64,000 nt of DNA from Ylistrum balloti (lineage: Eukaryota). The stretch lies in assembly GCF_031769215.1 (NCBI RefSeq), contig NW_026782003.1, forward strand, positions 2,790,001-2,854,000, written 5' to 3'. Below, piece by piece: positions 1-11,618 of the stretch; the first letter of the stretch is position 1; every line of letters starts with the position of its first letter. Made by a program: the position numbers and the translations under genes. Under the pieces are notes generated by a model, which worked only from the letters and a program-made list of their open reading frames with translations, had not been told where the DNA came from and did no database searches.

Positions 1-1366
1 ATACACAAACAAAGGACCAAATACATGACAATTGAAAAAGATCCCTCCATTTCCTCTCAAGACATTTTCATGATAAAATTTCCTTTAATTTTCCAAGATG
101 TCTGCCAAGTGGCCACTTTTTTCAGATTTACACACCTATGGAACAAGGAATTTACTTACAAAAAAGAAAGATTCTTGCAGTACTTTTTGAAGAAGTAGCT
201 ATTTCACACAAATTTTACTTACAGAAATATAAGCAAATGCAATTATATGCATATGGTTGTATTTGAACCTATGTTTTGAGTAGTGTTAAAACCTAATTCA
301 TCGCACAAAAAAACTCCAGGGGAAACATGAATATGAAAAAAGTTTAAAATTTGAGGAACAAGGATGAAAAAAATAGCATAAAGAGTTGTAAGACAGAAAA
401 TGGACCATCTGAAGACTTCAACAATTTGACCACAAATATATATGAAAATAAAATATAAATAAATGGTTTCCCTAAAAAATAAGGGAAAAACTTTAAAAAG
501 TAGAAGGCAATACATGGCTTTGGTATGATATATAGAGTAACAACTGTCTTAAGCTACTTTGATCTCTGTTAAATGATTTAATATCAAAACAATGATTACC
601 TGTCATTCAAACTACACCAACAGGAATATGAAGAAAAAACATACTACATTAAACAGATTATGTGTAAATTAAATAAAACAAACCAAAAATATCAAGGAAT
701 TTTCTGTCACACAACATTTCTGTGGGAGTTATCTCCCTTTGGTCACACTCCTATCGGATCTTCAGTGACAACAAAAGAGTTCCAAGTCATGGCATTTTCA
801 AAGCCATTTCTCTGCATTTGATAATCCCGCATGGCTTGACCTATTTCTTCCTGTGTGTTCATGACGAATGGCCCTGTTCAACGAAACAAAGCGTGTTATT
901 ACCCCTGGAGGTGGATTTCAGAATTTTTCATTTCCTTTGTTTTTTTGTCATTTTTTTTTTTTACTATTTCTGTCTTCTTTTTTTATACAACGTGTAAAAT
1001 TTCAATAGAGCCCATGGTGCAATATTCCTCAGCAGGTCCAGAAACTGATATGGACTGGTACATACTTACAGGCTCACTAACTCATCCAATACAAAAACAT
1101 TGTTGCCAGTAGAAGATACAGAATCAATAATTAGATAAAAACTTGATCATCACTGCTGTGTTGATGTAAGATCACTACAGTGGTATAAAATCTTGTATCA
1201 TTACTAACCACTTTCCCAGTAAGGTATAACATCAATTAGTTTTCATCAACCGCGTAAAAGAAACTTTTTCAATATTCTGTCATATTTGTAAAATACAATG
1301 ATTGATAATCAACAAGAAAATTGAAAAAAGAAATCAGACAAACACATTAATCACACCTTTGTGTAT

Positions 1367-4300
1367 CTAATGCCGACGCCCTTGTTGTTCCTTTACATAT
1401 TCTGACTGCCAAGATCTGACCCCCTCAAATCCATTTTTACCCTGGTGGTAGTCTACCATGGCTTGCTGTATTTCTTGGTTCGTATTCATCACAAATGGAC
1501 CTAGAAAACAGTCAATGGTTCGGTCAAAAGACAGCAAGTCTTGCAAAATTTTATTTATTATAGATTAAGAGCAGCTGAATGGTAAAAACCACTTAGATCC
1601 ACCTATATACAGACCAAGAACGTTGACTCTACTCTCCACATGCTTGAATTAAGTATTGATTCTGTACCAAATCTAAACATTTATTTGAGTCAGGTCTTGT
1701 CGGAAATTTGAAAATATTAGTCCACATTCCATTTCCTAAATACTATTCCTCATAAAAGTAGAGACAGCAGATACAGATGAAATTAGAGTTCTACAAAAAG
1801 ACCTCATCTCTGTTCATCAGGGCTCAATGGTGACTATTTCTGTGTTGGATTTGAGGGGACAGATATAATGCCACTGCAAGTTACAAAATTACTTTCCTAA
1901 ACCATAAGGTCCTCTATACCTCAAAATCACTTCATAACTGGTCTGCAGTGTATTGCTTGACCACTATAGAGAAATAGCTTCATATCCGAGTTTTACTATA
2001 TCTTTTCATGTCCAACAGAGAATTACTCCCTGATCCCCTGAGTGACAGATAAAAGTAACTCTTACATCACATGTTAAAGGACGAAACAAACTTTCAAAAT
2101 GTACAGTCTATATAGACAACAAAAAGCCTCACCGTGTTGGACGATAGGTTCATTCAAAGGTTTGCCTCCTATTAGAACAAAGCGAAGCATTTCTGTACCC
2201 TGAAAGTCATAAAGGGTCAAGTAAAATCTCAGATATGTTAAACAAGTAAATATTTTTCACCTTAGCAAGCATGGCAAAATAGCTTTGTTTTTATTGAAAT
2301 CAGATTGATTTTAACATTTCAGGTTGTCTTTCAGTGAAAAACTCATTACACTTTTGAATATATTGTCCCAAAGATTGACAACAGATTTGGTGGAAAAACA
2401 CTATAACATCTCCCCATGTAAGACCTTAAAATAGTTCATAATACATTTCTGCAGTAATACAGAGGACATTCATACAGCATATCAAAATCAACAAAACGTT
2501 TTTAGATATACTGAACTTTAACTATTGAAGTTTATTTTTGAAGAATAAAATTACAAATGAAACACAATCGAAGAGCTTGGTAGTGCCTCTGTAATGACTG
2601 GATAGACTATTTTATAAATAAACAAATCAATATACCTTATTCTGTACTTCTAGTTGATTCCCTTCTTTGCTGAGGACTACAGTATGATGGGCACTGATTT
2701 CCATCTGCTGTGTGCTGCCCCCTACAGGGTCAAAATGGAGACAACATTAAAAATCTGTCAGTTTTTAGGCTTTTATTTCTATTTCAAAATACTCTTCCAT
2801 ATTTGACATCAATCAGCTAATAAATTCTTCAGAAACCTGTGAGATAAAATTGAAGCTTACAAGTAAATAACAAAATACATTTATACTCAATTATAAAAGC
2901 ATTCAGGTACAGTGTACATGATGGGACAACACAATAAGATATCACACTCACCAAAATGTCCTTTCCCATCAATGGTGTATACAAATGATGTGTACTCGTT
3001 TGGTATTGGCTGGACTAATTTTGAGCCTGGATCCATTTTGAAATCCAGATACATGGTCGAGGTACGTGTGTACACTGGAGACTAAAATAAAAAATAGTTG
3101 TAATTTAAACACCACAAACAAAATTATCTATAACACTATGTTTAGTTTTCATGTAGATATTATTATAAAACATATATACATTATATTTAACACCTTGTCT
3201 TGTTTAAAAATCACAGTGTTATAGAATACGACTTATCACATCAAGTAACACCATGTCTTTTTGAGTCCGCCCTATTAAATCTGATGTCAAGTATGGTATG
3301 GCAACAAGCTGACCAATATCCCATTATATGTACAATATTTATTATACCTTTATGCCAAATGCCTCTCCAGCAATCACCTTCACTGTCACTCCATCCTTGG
3401 TGGTCCGAGGAATGTCCTTGTCCAGAAGTTCCTGATAGGCCGGCTTCATCATCTTATTTTCGGCAGCAAGATTGACCCACAATTGAAGGCCATGGGTCAC
3501 TCCGTCTCCCCATGGCATCTCACAGTGGACAATACCTCGCCCTGCGGTCATCCACTGAAACAAAACCAGTCCATATAAGTCTTCATTATAAATATATGAC
3601 CGGATTAAAGCTATGACTTACAAATAAAGTTATTTTGATATAAACGTAGTGGAGAAAAATATTCACTGCTTTTTAATTATGATGAACATCAGTCAAGTTG
3701 TATGAGTATTTGCAGTATAACAAATATTTATGTACTGTATTGATGTAGTGAATGAATTACAGTTATAACAGAAAGTCATTGGGATGAAAAATGTGGCAAG
3801 TTTATGACCATTCAGCTGTGGTTGACCTCAAAACAAATTCAAGGTGAAGGTCATGGCACATCTCTGTTACAAGTGTAAAGTCAAAAACTCTTCCTCAGTC
3901 AACAACTAGGTTTGTCAAATCATTAGAAACGAAACTGTCCTCTGACCTGAATTGTACGGAAAATAATTTGAGTAGAATGTTTCTGTAAAATTACCCTGAA
4001 ATCATGCTGTTTGACTTTATTTTCATGTGAACTAACGATATAGATGACATTAGTGTCAAATCTGAAAGTATGACTTCATGTCCTTACCTGGAGGTCTCCT
4101 TCATTAATAATACCAGCGTGACCACAGAAGTCCTCATGTCTAACTGCGCCCTTCAGGATGTAGGTCACCTGTAAAGTATGTAAGTATCATACATAACAGT
4201 ACCCTAAGAAAGTAGGTCACCTGTAAAGTATGTGAGTATTATATCTAACTGCGCCCTTCAGGAAGTAGGTCACCTGTAAAGTATGTAAGTATCATATATA

Positions 4301-5664
4301 ACAGTACCCCTAAGAAGATAGGTCACATGTAAAGTATGTGTTTTGTAACAGACTTTCCTGATCACCTGTCCTCACCTGCTACCTTTGTATCACACAATCC
4401 ATGTCACAAAGGACTGGATGGGTATGAGAATTACCTCCAGTCTCTGCCTTATGAATATATCCCTGTTTGTTTAATTTAAAAGTGGAGAAATTAACAGTTT
4501 CAACATAACCTTTTTACAGAAGTCAGAAGACTTGGAATAATATTACCAAGGAACAACATGTATTACAAGGATGTCTAAGACTTTGATACTGGAGCCAGGC
4601 CATTAACCAAGCAACAGTTTAAGGAAAAATCTTACAGTTTCAAACCCTCTGTGGGGATGGTCTGGGAAACCACCTGGCTGTTGTCCTTTAAACTCGTCAA
4701 GCATCAGGAAGGGATCAAGATTCCGCAACTGTCAAGCAACGAATCATTTAAAGTTACAGATCGAAGCATAAATGCATCTTTCTTGTATCAATATTGATAA
4801 TGATTGGGATAATAGGATGCAATACATCAATAACAACAAAGAAAATACCAACATGTCAACAGAATCCTAATCCAAACTCAAATTCAGTAAAACTAGGGCA
4901 AAATAGGAGCAAAGGAAATGTTTACAAGGAGACTCCTGAAAAACAACAAAGAAAATACTAACACATCAACAGAATCATAATCCAAACTTTACAATCCATT
5001 AAACAGTAAAACTAGGGTAAAAAATGACCAAAGGAAAGATTTACTCGCCTACGGAGTCTTAACAATAAAATAGAAAATATAAAACATGTATGTGTAAATG
5101 TTTAGCTGGCATCCTCTTCAGGACCAAATTATTCAGAATGGCCCATACACTAATAAGGTATATCATATACACTATGGGTGGGTTTTTTTCTGAAAGGCTG
5201 GTATTTTGTAACAACAGAATATCAATAATTTTATAATATCTCCTGGGATTCCATATCAGGTAGACTTAAACAAAGTAAAGAGAGAAAGGGATTTTTCTTT
5301 TCAGTGATCCAGATATGTAGATATTGCTGATACCTGTCTAGTACTGTCTATGTAAATTTTGGAGGTTAAAGGTCGATCCTTTGAGTTAATGACATATCTT
5401 GCTTTGTATAAAATAATACTATAACAGTAATACCGTGGTTATTTTCAAAGTAAACTTAGTAGCTTGAATATTTTACCTTTACCTACAATATTAAGTCTCC
5501 TGATTAAACAGGTAACATTTAATATAATCAGTAACTTCTGGCTGAAAAACGGAATTTTCATAATGACTGACCTCTACGCGCCCAACACTCCTGCGCACTC
5601 GAGCCCCAACTCCCTCATCTTGCTCCACACTCAGGACAGTCTTGACCACTGTCTTGGCTGTCAT
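1367..5664 (-). CDS. PIR: Pirin paralog A (iron-binding bicupin, quercetinase-like), 8 coding exons, 296 aa from the conserved ATG (357 aa if ATG 5847 is used)
   Basis: Exons 5572-5664, 4636-4728, 4088-4168, 3348-3554, 2952-3081, 2636-2721, 2133-2199, 1367-1500. All introns are GT-AG with matching phases. Motifs [63 protein letters not shown]. Ends GRRH-TAG. Confidence 0.96.
4163..4340 (-). repeat. About 53-bp tandem repeat (4 units) made of the intron 2/exon 3 junction of PIR-A
   Basis: ggtcac(c/a)tgtaaagtatg recurs at 4163, 4215, 4268 and 4321. On the minus strand this reads catactttacAG|GTGACCTAC, the true acceptor plus the first exon codons. Confidence 0.9.
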
Positions 5665-7734
5665 GCTGGGGATAACTGAACAGTATTGGTTCCTATTAGT
5701 TGATGCTGGAATGAGAGTTCTATACCAAGTGGTCAAGTTACAAGTATTGCCTGGTACATGAGTGTGGGAAGTCTTCAGTACAGCTAACACAGTAGTCAGG
5801 AAAAGTACAGAGTTTTCCTTTTTAATCCTCAGAACACCAGACAACATTCAGTTGATGGCTGTATAAACATGATACAAGTAAACAATTATTGACAAACGTC
5901 ATATACAAACAAAAGGTCCAGAGGGCTGGTATCACTTTCATTTTTCAGCAATACTGGCTAAATACTTCTAATAAATGCAAATTTAAGACAAAAAACTTTT
6001 TTTTTTAATTTTTTTTTTTGTGGTATCAGAGCAAATATCAAACTAGTTATTAAGATGTTAATCAACAAGTTTTAACTGTTTCCAAAAGAAGGCTTTGAAA
6101 TTCTTTCCTTTCACAAGGGGAGTCTTCAATGACCTTAAGACAAAGCCTTTTTGTAAATGTTGGCATTTGCTTCATTTTGAAGTTATGGCAGGGTTATAAC
6201 ACAGCCTGTATTTTCCCTGAGATTAATTTGATCAAAGAGAAAAGGCAGAATGGCACAGATGGCTAATTCTGATCAGATAAACAGTGAAGTCAGCAGGGCT
6301 GACGATCAAATGCCAAAACCAACCTTACATATATGATTATCAAATTAGATCCAAACTGTTGCAATGTAACTCAGGAACTGTTAATGAACCGTGTTCTGGT
6401 ATAATGATCCTAGAAGTGAAGCATGACTGTGTCAGACTTTTTGTCCCAATTATTGTATTAACTACTGCTAAATACAATTGTAGTATATGTTTGCATGTTC
6501 TTACTGATATATGACACCAGGACACATTCTGAATGGTAAGAATGGATTCTTAGAAAATTACTGCAGCCTGAAACAGATTGTATTGTAATGGCAAGCAATT
6601 GCACGTATGTAATATGAAGACATTAAAACATGTTTGTTTGAGATTCATCTGTATAATAAAACACCTAGATTTTTTTCTACATCAATTTTATTTGACAATA
6701 TGAATTTAAAATGCATCAAAACTGCCACTTGTCAGGATATCGAAATGTGAAAACAGCAGTATCATGGTAAAAAAAAAATCTCATTATTATGTAGAGCACG
6801 TTTTGAGGAAGTTGTTAAGTTAATGTCCACTCCACCCCATCCAAATTACTTTCGTGTTCAAATAATTTTAAAAAAAATGTATTGAAATAAGTGAAGAAAA
6901 TGGCAACAGCTGAGGGAAATTGGAAAAAAACAAACAACCAGACACAAGATAATAACTACATAAGTATTTGCATTTTTGTTTTTTTTTGTTTGTTTTTTTT
7001 TTTTTTTTTTGTTTTTTCATTTTATGTTTATGTCCATGTCTGACTATTGCGAGTCTTGATTTCCCATGCATCTAGATTTATCAGATGGTAGTAATTGGGA
7101 TGATATATATCACACAAGTGTATATATACACATCTACATGTATATATATAAACATTCCAGTTTCTCAACTCAGAATTTTTGCCGTGTCATGTTGACCTAC
7201 AAATTCACATCTATATATTTTATTAGTTATATCACGGACTTGTATCTATATTTAAGTCCGTGGTTATATTCCTTGAATGTAAGAAGTTCTAAATGTTAAA
7301 TATTGAAGATTAATCCTAACATCTGGAAAACAGTTCCCACATATATTTATATACACAATTTATACATAAAATGTCACTTTACAGTCCTTACAGGTAGCCC
7401 ATCTAAAAAGGGCGTACCATTCCAAAACGTAATGTGCCAATGTAAAATTTCGTCCGTTTACATTTATATACTGATTATAGTCTTCCTCAGAATAAATCTT
7501 AATATTCTAAGGAATCTATATAATCAGACAAATATAAACACACACACACTTACATGTACATACACATACGGTCGCATTAAAGGTCTACATGTACCTACTG
7601 AACCTGTTACAGTTAATATAAATCTGTATCACACCAAAGCATGATTTTATCATCCTAAACTCTCTATTTCGTTTCCAAAGTATTGCTTGACATCATTATT
7701 ACATGAAATATCATCACACACGTGTTTCACTTAC

Positions 7735-7920
7735 CTGGTTAGCTGTACACAACGATCAGTAAACAAGCAAAACCCACGGCCCGGAAGTGTTCGGCAGAAG
7801 GTCAAAATATATAACAAGGTCACGTTTAATGGTAAGATTACCCTTAAATTAACCGCTTCATTAAGTCTGGATTTTACTTCGAACACATGCACAAAAACGG
7901 TTATGTATATTTGACTCATA
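7735..7920 (-). promoter_or_regulatory. Putative non-coding first exon and promoter of PIR-A
   Basis: Strong donor CCAG|GTAAGT at 7735/7734, also present in copy B at 18862. ETS-type CCGGAAGT at 7781-7788 and AP-1 TGACTCA at 7912-7918. The matching acceptor is tttatacAG| at 5859, so the start-codon exon begins at 5858. Confidence 0.55.
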
Positions 7921-8699
7921 CATTACTACATTTATATCTTTCTTTTCTGCTTTCGTTTTAATTTTTCATTCTTCTTTCGTTTTTGCAATAAAACTTGTGG
8001 CGCGAAATGTTAAAACATTTAAACTTCTTTCATAAACGACCAAGTGAATTAAAATCGCTCATGAATAATAGGCCACGCCTTCTTGCAATTCTTTGGCTGC
8101 TGAAGTCCAAACATCCACGTCTTATATTGGAAACATGACGATGTTTTAAAGTATTACTTTCGATGACTCATTTCTTATTTTTATAAACTATTTAATTAAA
8201 GACCGACCGATGAATAATAAACTTTCATTAAATAGTTTGTTATAAAAAGTTTACAAGGAAACAATAAAAACTTGAATCTGACTCTTTTAAAAAAAGGTGC
8301 ACACATTGTTCCACTGGTTTTTTTTTTTACATAAATATCATAGTATTAACACATTTCATATAATTTATGCACTTGCTTGGTCGCAATTCATCGACTTAAC
8401 GTGCAATGTAGCTAGCGAGAAATGAGTCTACGGGTTCCGAAACCAATGCGCCATGGAGTGTACTGATAGACGACTACGTGTAGTTGTGCCCTTGCTTGTC
8501 CGTATTTCGTCAACAATCATTCGCTGATATCTTTGCCAATCAAACCATCCAAATCACCACATAGTAAAACAATATGAATACAATTTTTTAGTAAAAAGTG
8601 CCATGCCATGTTAGACTATTAAACCCGACCCTGTTGCAGAGACTTGACTTACTGTTCATTAGCCAAAGTACATTATACATGTAGGTCTATATATACCGA

Positions 8700-9600
8700 A
8701 CATACAGTAATTGTCTTGTGTGAAATTGTGAACATGTGCTAATATCGTATATCATTAAGGTATATCAATATCACAATGTGTGAATGTTTTCTTGTATATT
8801 TCGATTATTTTCCCACATCTGAATACTTCAAATACCACCGATAAAGCAGATTGGAGGCGCTGATATATATATATATAAATTCAATCTATCTTATTTCAGA
8901 AATAGTAATACGACGTTTCACAGACAGATACCCTTTCTTTTTTACTTTGCAATTAATATGTTTCTTGTAGTGACAATAATTAAAAAAAACTGCTTTGTTA
9001 AATTTTTGAAGTACAGCAAAAACAAAAATAAGAAATATCGTTTTTACGATAACGCCGTTTTAACTACCAGGTAAGGCCATTTTTACGATTGCACATTCTT
9101 TATAGTAAAATTTGCAATACCAAGTCTACTGGAATCAAAATTAGGCTTTCATGAAAAAAATTAGACAGCAGTTTCAAAATGTTTCGTTTTCATTCTTCAT
9201 TAACCATATATTTTTGTCTGATCGATCCAGGGCTAATAAGTTTGAACACTTTATGTTACTTAATTGAAATAACTTTTTTACATCATGACTGAAATTGCTA
9301 CTTATTATTTTTAAAAGTGGATATCGTCCTGAATACGGATTTTGCTAATCTGTCTTCTTGAATGATAATTGGTGCACTACTGGTATAAGGTTCTAACCTT
9401 AAATAGATCACTTACCACTTTTAAGGTTTCTTTAGTTTAATGTCAATTATTAACATAAGGATCCTGGAAATCATCAACACTTTTTGCATAAGCTTTACAC
9501 GTGAGCACGTGCTTTAGTTAGAATACTGATAGTTTCAAGTACGGCAGGTTGGACGACCTTCGTTCGAGCCTTGTAGTCGAAAACAGCATAAGCCCTTGCA
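8700..9600. repeat. Dispersed duplicated segment homologous to about 31480-33010
   Basis: Collinear shared words: gcagattggaggcgctga, acgacgtttca.agacaga, agtctactgga, ggttctaacctta, tttacacgtgag.acgtg, ccttgtagtcg. Confidence 0.75.
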
Positions 9601-11618
9601 ACGAAAAAGATCCAGTATCAATATCGGACCATACCGTTGATATTACTGATTAGATTATGCATTGAATTCACCGTGTCCGGTGAAATGTATTAAAATGTAA
9701 AACATTTTTTTATAAACAGTTGAATTAAGCATTAGCACTAGACAATTTATTAAGTATCATGAAGTTTCAGAGGTGTAAACAATAATGTCTAATTCAACGT
9801 GTTGTTTGAAATTATTTATACACAAAAAAAGGGTCACAACTCCCATAACAAAATGAAAATATCTAAAATTCAAATATATAGTATAAATATTTATACACAT
9901 GCGCAACAGGTGTCATCATAGCGGTATTAGTGCACAGTTATAGATGGATAGACAAAAGAGTGGAGGCCCTAATCCAGTATAACACATACACATTCTCCCC
10001 ATCAACTTTATCACAGGAGATAAAATATGCTTAACTATCACCATTGTAGACCTACCTGTGTAATTTGAACAGATCTGTCAACTGCCTTTTATATTGAGAA
10101 AATACTGACACACAATCTTCTATTACCTAAAGCTACAATGGTTAGACTAATGACTTATTTCTTCTGGTTCTAATGAGAAAACTGTGAATCAGAAGAAACA
10201 CAAACATTGAGTTGAAACGGTCAAAATTAAAGATGGCTGCCATGTGTATAATATAATACCTGATTAAGATCATCCTGTGCTAGTTTCACTGTTAAATTCG
10301 AAGATGTCATATTTTTTTCAACTTTACATACCTGTGGTTCAAGAATTTACCTGCGAAATATAGGAAAGATCCTTACAATACTTCTCAAATAGTTATTTTA
10401 CACAAACTTAACGTACATAAATATATAAGTACTCTATTATTTGCAATCTAATATAATTGCCTTTATATTTATGCTTGGAGTAGTGTTAAAAATTAATTTA
10501 CGCCACGAAATATGCAGGGGAAACATACATATAGAATAATATACAAGTTAAGGAAGATGCTTGACAAAAATTAGGATATATAGTTTCCAGACAGAAAATA
10601 GGCCATCTGCACCCTTCAACAGTCTCACAGGTACTTGTTTATCTTCAGATATCTTTAATGTGCGTCACAATTGTTTATTAAAGTCAAATATAAAGAAATG
10701 GTTTCCCTTGAAAAATAAGGCGTTAACTTAACAAAGTAAAAGGCAACACGTGGCTTTGTTATGATATATAGGGTAACAACTGTATTAAGCTGCTTTAATC
10801 TCCGTTAAGTAAATTTAATATCAAAACAATGATTAACTGTCGTTCAAACTTAACCAACAGGAATATAAAGAAAAAACATTCTGCATTAAGCATATTTATG
10901 TGAAAATTAAATAAAACAAACAAAAAAAGTAAAAAAAAAAATCCGTCTTTAGCAGACGTTAAATTGTCTGTAGCTGCTCCCAACATTTCTGTGGGAGATC
11001 TTGGAAGTTATCTTCCTTTTGTCACACTCCTATCGGAACATAATGATTCAAGGCATTTTCAAAGCCATTTCACTGCATTTGATAATCCCGCATGGCTAGA
11101 CCTTTTCCCTCCGGTGTGTATATGACGAATGGCCCTGTTCAATGAAACAAAACCTCTGATTAGGCCGGGAGGTGGATTATTTTTCACTTCTGTTTTGACA
11201 CATGGTGTAAAATTTTAATAGAACCGTTGGTGCAATATTTCTAATTAATATCGACAGATACATAATTACAGGCTCACTAACTCATCCAATACAAAAACAT
11301 TGTTGCCAGTAGAAGATACAAAATCAATAATCAGATAAAAACTTGATCATCACTGCTGTGTTGATGTAAGATCACTACAATAATATAAAATCTTATATCA
11401 TTACTAACTACTTTCCCAGTAAGGTATCAATTAGTTTTCATCAACCGCGTCAAAGAAACTTTTTCAATATCCTGTCATATTTGTAAAATAACATGATTGA
11501 TAATCAACAAGAAATTAAAAATATTCTATGTATATTATGGCTCAAAATTTGTAACAAATACCAGTCTAGTTAGTAATCATTGAAATCGGGTAAAGTTATC
11601 AATCACACCTTTGTGTAT

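Noticed and set aside
243-1112. ORFs in the PIR-A 3' flank
   Set aside because: Low-complexity F/I/L-rich translations of AT-rich DNA; the frames are not preserved in the paralogous 10400-11300 block.
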